The notes under the pieces were generated by a model. It ran no database searches. It had not been told where the DNA came from and worked only from the letters and a program-made list of their open reading frames with translations. DNA of 64,000 nucleotides from an uncultured Gemmatimonadaceae bacterium (GTDB lineage: Bacteria; Gemmatimonadota; Gemmatimonadetes; Gemmatimonadales; Gemmatimonadaceae). The position numbers were made by a program, and so were the translations under genes. The DNA lies in assembly GCA_963829055.1 (NCBI GenBank), contig CAWHHI010000008.1, forward strand, positions 320,001 through 384,000, written 5' to 3'. Position 1 is the stretch's first letter; each line of letters starts with the position of its first letter. This document shows, piece after piece, positions 22,836-35,844 of the stretch.

Positions 22836-23588
22836 ATGGACGAACATCTCTACGACGCGTTTTTTCGCCTGGAACGATCGCATTGGTGGTTCGTCGCGAG
22901 GCAGCAGATCCTTCTTCGATTGACGCGCCGGTTTTTACCGCCGGGCGGAAAGTTCCTGGACGTCGGGTGTGGCACCGGAGACTACCTCGAGACGGCATCG
23001 CGAGAATTCAATGGGCACGGGATCGATTGCTCCGCTACGGCCGTTCGGATTTGTCGTGAGCGCGGGCTGACGAACGTCACGGCAACCACGCTGGAAGACC
23101 TCACAGAGCAGCCACAGGCTCAATTCAACGCTGTCATGTTCTTCGACGTCATCGAGCACCTCGACGACGACACCGGCGCACTGGCGGCCGCAAGACGAGT
23201 CCTCGTGCCCGGGGGCGTCGTGATGGTGACCGTGCCGGCGTATCAATTTTTGTGGTCTCGTCACGATGACGAGAACCAGCATCGGCGACGGTATGCCGCC
23301 CGTCAGCTACGGGCGCGCCTCAAGACCGCTGGGTATCGCGTCGAGATGCTGACTTACTTCAACACGCTGCTGTTTCCGCTAGCGGTGGCTCGGCGTACCG
23401 CACAGCGTTTTTTTCCACAACCCGATTATGACGAGCTGGCAATGCCTCGCGGGTGGAGGAACGCTTGCCTGCGCCGGGTGTTCGGGGTGGAGGCCCCTTT
23501 CGTCAAACGGGCTAGCGCGTACGAGTTGTTTCCGTTCGGACTATCGATTGCCGCGGTCGGCCGATTCGTCGGTGGGCCAGTCAATTGA
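22836..23588 (+). CDS. Class I SAM-dependent methyltransferase
   Basis: HWWFVARQ, LDVGCGTG, FDVIEHLDDD, TVPAYQFLWSRHD...HRRRY. Confidence 0.9.
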   Translation: MDEHLYDAFFRLERSHWWFVARQQILLRLTRRFLPPGGKFLDVGCGTGDYLETASREFNGHGIDCSATAVRICRERGLTNVTATTLEDLTEQPQAQFNAVMFFDVIEHLDDDTGALAAARRVLVPGGVVMVTVPAYQFLWSRHDDENQHRRRYAARQLRARLKTAGYRVEMLTYFNTLLFPLAVARRTAQRFFPQPDYDELAMPRGWRNACLRRVFGVEAPFVKRASAYELFPFGLSIAAVGRFVGGPVN

Positions 23589-23597
23589 GCGACCGGC

Positions 23598-24656
23598 ATG
23601 GTCGAAGGCCACAGCGTGCCTAACGACGTCGCAGGCCCGCGGAATCGTGACCGCCTTCTCGTAGCCCTTGGAGTCGCGTGTGCTGCGGCAGCCATCGCGA
23701 CGTACGCGATTCGTTTAAATGGCGATCCGAACAACGCCAGCGACTTCACATGGTACTGGCGCGCCGGCCGCGCCATTCTCGAGGGGCGGAGTCCGTATCG
23801 GGTGATCAACCCGGACGGCCCGTACCCCAGAAACGCCGGCTTTCTGTATCCATTGCCCGCTGCGCTCATCGCCGCGCCGTTCGCGCTCTTCCCGCTATGG
23901 CACGGCATGGCCGCGTTTTCCGCTTTGCCGCAGGCACTCTGGCATTCGTGATGACGCGAGACGGATACTGGCGGCTTCCGTTGCTCATGTCATTCCCAAT
24001 GCTGTGGTGCGTCCAGTCAGGACAATGGACCCCGCTCGTCGTTGCTGCCGCGTTGTCACCGGTGCTTGCGTGCCTAGCCGTAGGCAAACCGACGATTGCC
24101 GCGGCGGCATTCGCGCACAGCCCGACTCGTCGCTTCGCCGCGTCGGCGACTGCCATCCTGCTGCTCGCATTGGCACTCGCTCCCGGGTGGCCGTCGGAAT
24201 ACCTGGCGGAGATTCGCGTTCGCGCAGCGGTGAACTACAGCATTCCCTTTCTGGTTTTCCCGGGACCGCTGCTCCTGCTAGCCGTGGCTCGGTGGCGCCG
24301 GTCTGAGGCGCGTTTGCTGCTGGCGCTGGCCTGTGTCCCACAGACCATGCTCTTCTACGATCAGTTACCGCTTCTGGTTCTCGCGCGCTCGTTCCGAGAA
24401 GCACTCGTGATGGCGGTGGCCAGCTACGTACCGATCGCCGTCATCTTCTTTGCCGCGCCCGCCGAATGACAGCGTCGCCGCCACGCTCGTCATAACTAGT
24501 CCGGTAATCGTCTGCTTGTACTATCTGCCGTGTCTCGTGGCGGTGCTCCTGCGGCCTAACGTCGGGAATGTGCCTGCGTTCGTCGACCGCTTGGCTCGGT
24601 ACGCCCCTCAGTGGCTTCGCGGCGTTCCGTCAACCGCGGGACTGCGACAGGGCTAG
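23598..24656 (+). CDS. GT-C/GT87-like polytopic membrane protein, paralog 1 (frameshifted)
   Basis: SDFTWYW..GRSPY..YPLPA; GQW; KPT; RWRRSEARLL..PQ..FYDQLPL; YLP..LLRPN. Confidence 0.65.
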
Positions 24657-24717
24657 CCTTATTTCTGTCCGCCGAGCTGGTAGCCGGCGACTGTCAGGCG
24701 CTCGTCGAAGCGACGAC

Positions 24718-25730
24718 TCATTCTGGCAGCGGCTGACCGCGAGCCCACCGCGGTAGTACACCGGCTGCCTTCTCGACCCATGCCGGTATCCTTCCCTCGT
24801 TAGGTCGTCTCAGGATCAGGTAGAGGGCCGGCAAGTAAACGCAGACGAACACGGCTATTCCGTTGTTGCGGAAGTACGTCACCAGGTCGTCCTTGGGCCC
24901 CAGCGCGTAGTACGCGAGCGCGAGGTCGGTGCCGATGACGAGTGCATAGGTCTGGAAACGGGTTCGTGCGATGACGAACAACGGCAGCACTTCATAGACG
25001 AACGGTGATTGTGGCACGATGGCCATCGCGACGAGCAGCCTCGCCTCGGGGCGCCGCCAACGGCAGAGCGCCAGAAGCGCGAGAAACCCGCCGGGTCCGC
25101 GCAGCGGCGAGTAATGAATCGGGGTGCCCGATGTCGGCGAGTCGCCGAGAGCCGCTAACCACTGTTTGGGCCAGTCGGGGATTATCAGCAGGCATAACGC
25201 CGCGAACAGCAGCATGGCTACCGCAGTCCAGAGCGTAGGTCGGTACAGCCAGGATGGCCAAGCCAATGTTCGGCTTGATGGCACCGACGGCCGAGAGGGA
25301 CGGCGCGAAAACCGCCGCCGCGAGCAGCATGGACCATTGGCCCTGCACGGCTCCGTGCGCGAACGCGGCACTGAGAAAGATTGGGAGGTAATGATACGAC
25401 CGCTGCGTCACTACCCAGGCGAGCAGCGCACTGGTTACGCCCGAGAAAACCGCCGTTGCTACGTCCGAAGCGAAGACTGTGAACGGTGCGGCCGCAACGA
25501 ACGCGGGAAGCGGGTAGTAGGTCCCTACGAACGGGTTCTGCCCGTTGAGGAGTGTTTTGGCGGCGAGCCAGCTCCAGGTGAAAGTCCGGCGGCGCGCCAA
25601 ACTGTGGGCGATGTATCGCGAACCACGAGGCACCCGCCGCGAAGAGCCCGACGCCGAGTGCGATGCGCAGCCGGTGCACTCGACGCGGGAGACGGCGGGC
25701 GGTCAGCCTCCCGGGCGGGACGGTCTCCAT
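24718..25730 (-). CDS. GT-C/GT87-like membrane protein, paralog 2 (frameshifted)
   Basis: PDF/TWSW..GQNPF..YYPLPA; GQW; KPNIG; RWRRPEARLL; YLPAL..RRPNEG. Confidence 0.65.
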
Positions 25731-25733
25731 CGC

Positions 25734-26785
25734 CTAACGATTTCCGCGGAGTGAAAGGCACGGCGACCCCGCCATGCGTGGTGGGGGCCGTAGGCGTGAA
25801 TACGCGCTGCATGATCGGGAGATCGACGCTGAGCAGCAACACCAGCAGCAGCGCGGCACCCACCACCGACGCCATGAGCGCAGGCTCTCGATACAGCTTC
25901 TCGGGGTTCTGCGCGGCGCTGTCGTCTTTCATCGCGACGTGCAGGTACAACGCCATCACCAGCGCGATTGCGGGAAAGGCGAGAATCATCTCGAGGCGAT
26001 ATCGCATGCAGAACGCGCCGAAGAAAAGCATGGCCGACGACGCGTAGAACATCACCGACACGAGCAACCGTTCGCCGGTGAAGTAGCGAAACGACTTCCG
26101 ATACGCAGTTGCCCGGGTCGCATCGCCAATGTTCCTGAACTCGGCGAATCGTTTGAGTGCCATGAAGTAGCAGCCAATCATCCAGTAGCTGAGCAGCAAC
26201 GACGCTGGCGCGACGGTGACCGAGGTGACAATGAACCACCCGGCAAGCATCCGAATCGGGTTGTTGATGGCCTCGCTGAGTACGTCCACATATGGCAGAT
26301 CCTTACTTCGCACGGGCGGGATGTTGTACAATGCATCCCATTACCCAGAGCGACAGCACGGACAGTGTGAACGGCATGGAGATGGAAGACGCCACGGCGA
26401 TGCCCGCAACCATCAGCGCGATCCACTGCGCGTATCCGAGAGCCACGTTCACCTGACCGGAGGGAACTGGCCGCCGATGCTTCGTGGGGTGGAAGCGATC
26501 GAACGGCGCGTCGATCAGCTCGTTGAGCGTGTAGTTGCTCGATGCGATGAGGCACACCGAGGCAAGTCCGACGACGATCCTCCACCCGAATCCCGCGCGA
26601 TCCACGAACGGGTCGGTACCGAGCGCGATCACGATGCCCGGGAACACGAACACGTTCTTGAACCAATGGTCGACACGGGCGATCGCGACGTGCCCACGCC
26701 AGGTCGGAGTACCACGGCTTGCGCCGATGGTGTTCGCCTGCTCGCTGCCCGGCTCGCGCGCCTGTTGGCCAACTTCAGGTGTCAT
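25734..26785 (-). CDS. UbiA family prenyltransferase, polyprenyl-phosphate phosphoribosyltransferase-like (frameshifted; 3' end approximate)
   Basis: RVDHWFKN, NYTLNELIDAPFDRFHPTKHRRPVPSG, KRFAE. Confidence 0.82.
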
Positions 26786-27001
26786 GGTCAATCGGAGAGG
26801 GCATGGGCCGGGCGTGGGGAGTGCGTTACGAACGGCACGCTGAATCGACATCGACTACAGCATACCCCAATGTAATCAGACGACCGAGCGTTCGACGACG
26901 TTGCGCGCTGCTCAATGCTTATGGTAGCGCGTCTGTCTCTGTGGGTGTCATGTTCCGGCAGCAGCCTGATCAACGAGATCGTCCCGAATCCGACCGAACT
27001 G

Positions 27002-27983
27002 ATGGCGACGAATGCAGTGGCCATGACCTCGAGCGTGGCAAGCGAGAGCACCGACGTCAAACCACCGTTATGGGTGCGGCTCCTCATCGCCGCGGCCGTA
27101 GCGGCTATCGCCGTGGTCCTGGCTGATCACCCACTCTCCGACGACTTCGCGCAGGTCTGGATGGCTGCCCGAGTCATGCTGGGAGGGGGTGACCCGTACA
27201 CGCTCGTTGGACCAGGGCTGCTTCATGACTCCGCCCTATCCGCTCTACTACCCGGAGACCGCGGGGGTGGCGGTTCTGCCGCTCACTCCATTGCCGTTGC
27301 ACATCGCCCGCGTGACCTTCGCGGCGGGCGGCGCCGCGGTCTTTCGCGATGATGCTCACCCGCGACGGGCTTTCAAAGTTACCGTGGCTCCTGAGTTACG
27401 CGTTTCTGAGCTGCCTCTACGTGGTACAATGGACGACCTGGCTCGCGGCGGCCGCCGTGTACCCGGTGATCGGGTTCCTTGCGTCCGCAAAGCCGAACGC
27501 GGGGATCGCCGCTCTTGCTTCGAATGCGTCACGGCGCTCGCTGCTCATCATCGCTCGCGGGTTGCGCCGTGGTGGGGGTGGTGTCGCTCGCGATGGATCC
27601 CGGTTGGCCCATGCAATGGTTCCCGATGACGCGGAACGTGCCGCACTTCCGCACGCTCGCTGCTCGTTCATCCGGCCGGCGTGTTGCTGCTCGCAAGCCT
27701 GCTTCGGTGGCGCCGCCCCGAGGCAAGAGCGCTCGCGGCGCTCGCGGTCATCCCGCACAATCCCCTGCCTCACAACATCTTGCTGCTCGCGGTGGGGCGA
27801 TGGACGGTCGGCGAGTCGGCGGTGCTCTCGGTGCTCTCGTGGTGCGTGGTACCGCTCATCTGGCCCGGCGGGCAACAATCGGCTGATTTCGCCGCGCTGA
27901 GCATCGTATCGGGGCGCGCGAGTCTCTTCCTGCTTTATCTGCCGGCACTAGCGATGTTGCTGAGAAAGCCGAATTCGGCGTAG
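27002..27983 (+). CDS. GT-C/GT87-like membrane protein, paralog 3 (frameshifted)
   Basis: DDFAQVW..GGDPY..LYYP; VQW; KPNAG; RWRRPEAR; YLPAL..RKPN. Confidence 0.62.
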
Positions 27984-28151
27984 GGCGATGCGCTCGCGCT
28001 CGTTCGTGGGCCGCGCTCCGGACAGCGCGCTTCACGCTATATCTCAGCATTGTGCAAAACGAACCCTGGTCTCGCGTCGGCAGGCGTGATCGACGTTAGG
28101 CGTGAACGGCCGGGCGAACCTCTTCGGACAGGATCAGAGGAACAGAAGCAT

Positions 28152-29435
28152 ATGCAGAAGCTGTGGGCAATCGTGCAGCGGGAGTATCTGGAACGCGTGC
28201 GAACGCGTTGGTTCGCCATCGCTACGGTGTTCGGGCCAATCGTGTTCGGCGCGCTCATGTACCTCCCGGCATATGCCGCCATGAGGTCCAACGCATCGGT
28301 AGACGTCGCGCGCATTCAGATTCTCGACGCGACCGCTACCGAATTGGGGCAGCGTGTCGCGAATGAGCTCAACGGCGGTCTGACCGGTGACACCACGCGC
28401 ACGCGGGTCGTTAGGCTGGATCCGGCGTCGCTGACGGCTGCCGAGTCGACCGCGACGAAAGCGGTGCTCGCCAAAGACATCAAGGGGTATCTCGTCCTGG
28501 ACCATAACGCGTTGATTGGACGAGGCGCGCGCTACGCGGGAACGAATGCCACGTCGCTCACGGACATGAGGCGGATCGAAGGCGCGGTGAACCGTGAGGT
28601 GCTCGCACAGCAGTTGCGCACGGCGGGGCTCTCGTCCACCGATGCGGAGCGGCTCAAGGGAATGCGATTCGAGCTTCGGGCGGACCGCATAACGGCGACC
28701 GGTCGTGGAGGATCAGGGCAGATAAGCATCCTCATCGCGCTGTCGATCGCGTTCCTGCTCTACATGACGATCTTCATCTACGGCCAGAACGTCCTGCGCG
28801 GCGTGATGGAGGAGAAGCAGACGCGGGTCGCCGAGATCGTGATCTCGAGCGTGCGATCCACCACGCTGCTTGCCGGAAAGGTGCTCGGCGTAGGCGCGGT
28901 GGGGCTCACGCAACTCCTCATCTGGATTGGTGTGAGCTTCGCCATGGCTCGCTACCGTGCATCGTTGCTGAACATGATGGGCATCGACGCATCGCCGGTG
29001 CAGTTTCCGTCCACATCCATCGGACAGGTCGCACTGCTTGTCGTGTTCTTCATGCTCGGCTACACGTTCTACGCGGCCCTGTTCGCGGCCATCGGCGCGA
29101 TGGTGAATACGGAACAGGAAGCGCAGCAGGCACAGTTGCCGGTGGTCATGCTGTTGATCGTGAGCATCATGTTCCTGCAACCGGTATTGAACGCACCGGA
29201 CGGCAAGTTGGCGAATACGCTCACGTGGCTTCCGTTCTCGTCGCCCATCGTGATGCCACTGCGTATGAGCGCGGTGACTGTGCCCGCCTGGGAGATCGCG
29301 GCGTCGATATTCGCCTTGATGGCAGGCTGCTACATCGCGGTCTGGCTCGCGGCGCGTATTTACCGAACAGGCTTACTCATGTACGGCAAGCGACCGTCGA
29401 TCGGAGAGCTTGCGCGATGGGTCAGACAGGGGTGA
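28152..29435 (+). CDS. ABC-2 type permease (NatB/YhaP-like)
   Basis: REYLERVR, GVMEEKQTRVAE, LLAGKVLG, RIYRTGLLMYGK; intact ORF. Confidence 0.92.
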   Translation: MQKLWAIVQREYLERVRTRWFAIATVFGPIVFGALMYLPAYAAMRSNASVDVARIQILDATATELGQRVANELNGGLTGDTTRTRVVRLDPASLTAAESTATKAVLAKDIKGYLVLDHNALIGRGARYAGTNATSLTDMRRIEGAVNREVLAQQLRTAGLSSTDAERLKGMRFELRADRITATGRGGSGQISILIALSIAFLLYMTIFIYGQNVLRGVMEEKQTRVAEIVISSVRSTTLLAGKVLGVGAVGLTQLLIWIGVSFAMARYRASLLNMMGIDASPVQFPSTSIGQVALLVVFFMLGYTFYAALFAAIGAMVNTEQEAQQAQLPVVMLLIVSIMFLQPVLNAPDGKLANTLTWLPFSSPIVMPLRMSAVTVPAWEIAASIFALMAGCYIAVWLAARIYRTGLLMYGKRPSIGELARWVRQG

Positions 29436-29465
29436 CCGCGGGCGGTCTATCGTGCAACGCGGAAT

Positions 29466-29843
29466 TCAGCGGAGGAACGTTCCCACTGATCTCTGTCGAT
29501 CGAACGTGAGACTATCGACACGCCATCCGGCCGATTCGTCGCTCGTCACACACGTGTACCATTCTGGACGCGTGCTGCCTCGTGGCTCGAAGAAGCCGCG
29601 GACCGTATAGCGATTCAGTCGCTGTTGCGATACACGGATCAGATCCCCCGTAGGAAACGGAATCCGGGCAGCTTCGGGTCGGACGTGTCGAATCGCAGCT
29701 CGGCACTCGGCGTACGCCTCGACTGTCCGATCGACACGCGGCCTCGCGCGAACGTTCGCCATGAGCCAGACAGCGTTCGCGACGACAAGGCCCGCAAACA
29801 GCAGCCACCAATTGTTGAAACGGGATGTCACGTCTGCGTTCAT
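29466..29843 (-). CDS. Hypothetical membrane-anchored protein
   Basis: One N-terminal hydrophobic helix and two Cys; directly downstream of the GT2 gene. Confidence 0.45.
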   Translation of the reverse strand: MNADVTSRFNNWWLLFAGLVVANAVWLMANVRARPRVDRTVEAYAECRAAIRHVRPEAARIPFPTGDLIRVSQQRLNRYTVRGFFEPRGSTRPEWYTCVTSDESAGWRVDSLTFDRQRSVGTFLR

Positions 29844-29879
29844 CGCATCAACGTGAAGGACGGTGACGCCACCGTCCTG

Positions 29880-30714
29880 TCAGCGTGATCGGCTCGCGCG
29901 TAGCCAGTCGGAGGCGGCAGGAGCATCGACGCGCGCCTCGCGGTCGGCTGCGATCGAACACGCGCTGGTAGTCGGCGCGCACGGTGTTCTCGAGGACTGC
30001 GCTCTGGTAGTCGCCTGAAGCTGATGCCACTTGATGCGAAACACGTCGACCACGCTGCACTGCATCGCGAAGGAGACGAACCGTCGACGTCTCGTTTTGC
30101 CGGAGCTGCACCGGGATTCGCTTGATGTCGAGCTTGTGCTTGAGCGCGAGATAGACCAGCTCGACGTCGAACGAGAATCGCTCGAGTCGCTGGAGTCGGA
30201 ATAGCTCGTCGGCAATGTCGCCGCGCATCCCCTTGAGACCACACTGGGTGTCGAAGAATCCGCCGGTCACCAGTCGCCCAACGAACTGAGAGAAGATCGT
30301 CGACGCGAGCCGCCGCTGCAACGACAGGTCAGCGAGGTAGACCGAGTCGGGGAGCGTGCGATCGCCGATGACGACGTGAAAGCCGTAATCGCGAATGTAC
30401 CCCACGATCACGGGCAGCAGCTCGAGATCGTACGGGAGATCGACATCGGTGAACACCCGCACATTGCCGCGGGCGGCACGCATTCCGCTCGCGACGGCCG
30501 CGCCCTTGCCGCGGTTGGTCGGTAGCCTGATGAGCCGCGCGCCAAGGGCGGGGTCCCACGGCTGCTCGGTAAAGTCGCCGCCGCCATCGTCCACGACGAT
30601 GATCTCCGACGAGAGCCCAGTTCCGCGCAAAAACGCATCGAGGCGCACGACCGACGCGACAGCGAGTGGCGCCGAGCGGTAGCACGGCAGTATGACGGAC
30701 AGGTCTGGGTTCAT
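29880..30714 (-). CDS. GT2 glycosyltransferase, polyprenol-phosphate sugar synthase (DPM1/ALG5-like)
   Basis: SVILPCY, IIVVDDG, NRGKGAAV, FTDVDL, DTQCGLK, FSFDVE. Confidence 0.88.
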
Positions 30715-30899
30715 CCTGCTTCGTCGAGACGGATCGCTGAGGCGCATGGGGTCACATTCAGACGACCTGGATGGGTCGCAGTTGCGCCGCCCGGCCTCGA
30801 ATGTCGCAGACGTCCTTGGACGCAGCAACGGATACGCACCTTCCCGCCCCGATTCGTTGCCTGCGGTGACGGGCGCGGTCGGCAGTCGTAAGTTCTAGC

Positions 30900-31908
30900 G
30901 TGCGCTCCCCTTCTCCAACAACTGCTCGGCTGCCTACACCGCAATCTCGCGCCGCCACGATCCGTGTTCGGCTGGCATTCGCCCTGGTCATCGGGGTTTC
31001 TGAGCGCGCTGTACGTGCTTCTATATGCACGGGCCAACCCGGACTTCGTGAGTGACTTCGACCAGGTCTGGGCGGGCGCGAGAGCGTTATGGCACGGTCA
31101 GAACCCATACATCGTCGTCGGGCCTGGACGCGCATTCCACTGGCATTGGCCACTCTACTACCCGCTGCCAGCGCTGGTGCTGACCGCGCCGCTCGGTCTC
31201 ATTGCGGTGGTGCCGGCGAGAATGGTCTTCGCCGGCGTGTCAGCAGCGCTCCTCGCATTCGCGATCACTCGCGATGGCTTCGCACGCTGGCCGCTCTTCA
31301 TCAGCATCGCGTTCATGGTGAACGTGGAGCTCGTGCAGTGGTCGAACCTGCTCGCTGCAGCAATGCTACTCCCGGCACTCGGCGGTATCGCGGTCGCGAA
31401 GCCGAACATTGGGCTCGCCATGGGTGCACACGCCGACCGCGTGAGCTCCATCCGCTGGCTCGTCGCGGGAAGCGCGATTCTCATCGCGTCCAGCTTCGCG
31501 GTCTTCCCGGGCTGGCTCGGTTACTGGATCGAGAATGCTCGGAGCGCGCCCCATGTCACGCCTCTCCTTCTCCGCCCCGGCGGTCCGCTGCTGCTGGTGG
31601 CGTTGGTACGTTGGCGTCGTCCCGAGGCGAGGCTGCTCGTCGCCCTCGCCTGCACGCCGCTCACGCCGACGTTCTATGACCCAGTGCTTCTCTATCTCGT
31701 GACACGATCATTCCGCGAGGCGCTCACCCTCACGGTGTGCACGTTCGTGCTGTTCTTCATCGTGGCGTTCAACTCTCCGCTGCCGACGGCCGCGGCGTGG
31801 GGCGATCTCGTCGCGACCGCGTCCATCTGGGTCATCTATCTCCCCTGTCTCGTCATGGTGCTCTTGCGCCCTAACGAGGCTCCCGCATCCGCGGAGCGAG
31901 CAGCATGA
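30900..31908 (+). CDS. GT-C/GT87-like membrane protein, paralog 4
   Basis: SDFDQVW..GQNPY..LYYPLPA; VQW; KPNIG; RWRRPEARLL; YLPCL..RPNE. Confidence 0.68.
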
Positions 31909-32947
31909 CGATGGGGCGAACCGAGACAGAAACGCTCGCATCAGACACGCTTCCGGACAGGCTTCCGCTTGGACTCCGGTGCGTGCTCGCCACGGCGCTC
32001 GGCTCCTGGGGAGCGTTCATCACGTACTTCTCCTTCGCTGTCGCGCCGCAGCATCTCGCGAAGGATTTCTCGTGGCCGTGGCGAGCCGCACGGGTGCTAC
32101 TCGAGGGGCACAACCCGTACGACGTGATCCAGGCGACCGGCCCCTACCCGTTCAACGTCGGGCTGTTCTATCCGCTGCCCGCGGCGGTTGCCGTGCTTCC
32201 GTTCGCACGACTCAGCCCCGTGCTGGCAGGGACGCTTTTCATTTTCGTATCCGCGACGCTGCTCGCGTTCGGTCTCACGAGCCGTCGGCAGGACCTGCAC
32301 AAGCTGCCGCTGTTCGCGAGCGCACCATTTTGCATGGCTGCGGTGCTTGGTCAGTGGGCGCCCCTCATGACCGCCGCCGCGCTGCAACCGGCACTGCAGT
32401 TCCTGCTCGCGGCGAAGCCGAATCTTGGGCTAGCATGCTGGATCTATCGGCCGAGTATTCGCGGAGCCATCGCCGCGGCGGTGTTCGCGCTGCTGACGTT
32501 GTTGATCATTCCCACGTGGCCGCTCGACTGGCGGCACGCGCTGGAAGCGGCGCCGCGGTACAAGGGCCCAATCATGCGTGGCGCAACGGGGCTGCTGCTC
32601 CTCGTGGCGGCAGTACGCTGGCGCCGACGCGAAGGGCGTCTATTTCTCGCCATGTCCTTCGTGCCGCAACTGACGTCTGTTCTACGATCAGCTGCCGCTC
32701 TGGCTCGTCCCGAACACCGTCTGGCGGTCGCTGCGGCCTAACGTTCCTCAGCTGGGTCGCCTGGTCGCAGTGGTATCCGAGTCGGGCGCTTCCGTCGAAC
32801 GTCGCCGCGGCGGAACCCTGGGTGTTCTGGCTCCTGTACATTCCCACGCTCGTGCTCGTCCTGCTGCTTCCGAGCCACGAGTCGTCGATGCCTGCTCGCG
32901 CGGATGCAGCAGCACACGACGTCGCGAGCCCGCCAGCGACTACCTAA
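31905..32947 (+). CDS. GT-C/GT87-like membrane protein, paralog 5 (3' frameshifts)
   Basis: KDFSWPW..GHNPY..FYPLPA; GQW; KPNLG; RWRRREGRL; ATGA overlap with paralog 4. Confidence 0.68.
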
Positions 32948-34553
32948 CGAGTGCCCGACGGTCCTGCTGCCGCGGCCTTCGTGCCCGAGGTAGCGCCCAC
33001 GGGTGGCTCGATGCCGACCTGGTCGAACCGCGGGTCCGAGCGGATCGCGTCGAATCCCGGATCGCGCAGCGCGCTCCGAAGCTCGGCACCACGAGGCCGG
33101 GCACGCGAGAGCGCGTCGAATGCCTTGTCACGAGTCCCAAGAGCCGTGAGGCCGAGGCTCAGATACACCGCATCGCGGACGCCGAGCGTGCTGCCTGCTT
33201 TCAACTTCGCGTTCGACAATCGGCGAGCATCGGCCTTCGCGGCATCGAACTCCCGCGAGTAGGCGTTGACGTAGAACTCGAGTGCCTCGCCCCACGCGGC
33301 GCCACTCAGGCGCCGAGCAGTTTCAGCATCGCTGAACGCGTCGCGGAATTCATCCATGTGCATCCGTACGCGCGCCCGAAGCGCGTATGCAAGCGGGTCG
33401 TACGAGTCCGCACCAATGCTTGCGTTCACGAGCGCGCACGCATTGACGTATCGTCGCGCCAGATATTCCAGCTCGGCGAGCAATCGCAGCGATACCGCGC
33501 GGTCGCGCTCGAAGCCGAGCGCTTGCCTGAGCTGAGCTTCGGCAGCCTGGTCGCGTCCCATTCGCAGCAACGTGATCGCGTACTCCTGACGCGCGTCAGC
33601 GCTACGCGGCGCGACCTTGATCGCGCGCTCGTGCGCCCGGATCGCGCCGGCATAGAGACGGGGATCACGCACTCGCTCGAAGATCGCGCGGCCGGTCCAT
33701 GCGTCAGCGGTCGCGCTGTCGGCGAGCAGCGCGCGATCGACCAGTGCTTCTCCCTCGCGCAGCGCCGCGAGCTGCCCGAGTGGACCAACTCGACCGCGCC
33801 GCTCGAGGGCGGTGGCGTAGGCCCGGACAAGCCGTCCGAGCACGAGTGCCGACTTGGGCGCTTTGTCCAGGGCGCGTTCGAACGCTGCACGGGCTGAGTC
33901 TCCAGCCCAGAGGTCGTACTGCGTCAGGAAGTAGTCGCCACGAGCCAGGTTGTCGTACGCCGCCGGATCGGAGACAGGACGGCGGACGTTAGGCCGCGCA
34001 GCTCTGCAGTACCTCGGCGACGGCGGCGACAACCTGATCCTCGATCGACGCCAGGGAGGTCTGCGGATACAGGAACTCCCGCTCCCAGCGAGGCATCTCG
34101 CCGCCACGCGCGAGGATACGCATCGTGATCGACGCGCCGCCGCGCTGCGAAGTCATGGTGCCTGTGACCATGAACTTCGCGCCCACCAATTCCGCCAACT
34201 GATTTACCCGACCCTGCCGCTTCCGCCGACGCTCGTTCGGCGCTGCCGACGGTAGGCGTGAAGATCCCAGGGACGCCCGACAGACCGTTCGCGATCCCGC
34301 GTGCGATGGCCCAGGGCAGATGGACCTGTGCGCCATCACTGAGGCGCGCTTCAGGCGCGAGAACAGCGACAACGGTTCCTGCCGACGACGCGGGACGACC
34401 AATGAGATCCGCGAACGGAACCCGAGCGTCGACGCGACACGGCGGAGGCGGCGCGATGCGAGGCGTCTGCGCGCCCGCACGCGTGAGCCCCAGGCCGCCA
34501 ATGAGCACACCCAGAGTCACGCGCCCGAAGGCGCGCCCACCTTGCATTGCCAT
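32944..34553 (-). CDS. Exported TolB-like/TPR repeat protein (frameshifted)
   Basis: Signal-peptide-like N-terminus; DPAAYDNLARG, TPR-like helices, DPGFDAIRSDPRF. Confidence 0.65.
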
Positions 34554-34592
34554 TGTCGTTAGGCCGTCGAGGCTGGAGATCCGTGCGGACCG

Positions 34593-35790
34593 CTAGCGAA
34601 CCAGGATGAGGCGTTTAAGAGTCGTGGGCCCCGGCCCAACCGGCCCAGTCGTCGTCATCGGCTTGAATATGCCTGTAATCGACGCCGGCGGATTGTTCGG
34701 ATCCGGCGTTCCGCCGCCGTTAGGCATCACCTTCGTCAGCGTGAAGGACCCGAGCATCTGGACAGTGACCTCGGCCGGCGCCGTTACAGCCGCTGATAGC
34801 AGAGATGGAAAGCCGCCTTGATATCGACGCCGGTCGTCCCGTCCTGATTCAGGCAATCGCCGTTGCTGGTAAGGGTATAACACACGTAGTACTGCTCGTT
34901 GCCGTTGCGCTCGACGCCCTGGAGCGTCGGACCTACCATGTTGCCCGTCTGGACCTCGAGCACGTCTCCGATTCCCAGGGTATAGCAGGTCTGCTCCGGC
35001 AATATTGTCGCGGTATTCGTTACCGCCACCCTGCGGCGGGATCCCATCCGGGTTCAGCGTCCCATCGGCCGAACGCTTGCGCGGTAGCTTCACTGCCTGG
35101 TAGTTGCCTGGCGCCGTCGAACCTGGCGGCGGGTCATCCACCGTCGTCTGGTTACCGTTGCCCGCGCCCATCTTGAGGTTGAATGTCCGGTCAGCGACGG
35201 ACATGTTGTTCAAGACCTCGCGGTCCTCGTCGGTGAACGGCCGCGTCAGATTGTGCCGCGGTGTTCGCCAGTCCTCGGGCGGTGTTGACTTTCTGCATCA
35301 GGATCACGTACGGGATCGACCACGGTCGGATGCAGTTCGAGTTATTGACCGGAGCATTTGCCCAGGCCGTCGCTCGAGCCTTGACGCGCGGCGCGGCAAT
35401 GCCAAATGCGCCCATGATCATCTTGTTGGTGCCGTGGCTGACGACGACGTGCACGGCGTTAGGCACCGTCGAACCGCTCACGAGTGTGAACGTGCTCGTC
35501 GCGTCGTCCCACGTGCCCAGCTGCACGCTGTCCACGGTTACCAGATCGTACATGGCCCGATTGAGCTGAGCGATCGCCGTAGCGGTGTCGACGGCAGCGG
35601 CTCTGGGGTGCGGCGGGTTCAACTGCACTGCACCCGCGAGCGCACCGGCGTCGGCTGACGTCTGCAGCTCGTTCCGCATCGTCCAGATGCGACTCATGTC
35701 GATGGCCATCGCCGCCGCGCCCATCAGAACCATGAACAGGAGTCCGAACAGCACGACGAACACGCCCTTCCGATTCTTCATCCGACGCAT
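34593..35790 (-). CDS. tadG: TadG-like pilus tip/adhesin protein (frameshifted)
   Basis: KGVFVVLFG...AIDMSR...ELQTSADAGALAGA Tad N-terminal motif. Confidence 0.78.
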
Positions 35791-35844
35791 CGCATCCTCC
35801 GGGTAAGTACAGTCCCGGCCTTCGCTCGCCTGCACGCGTCTTCA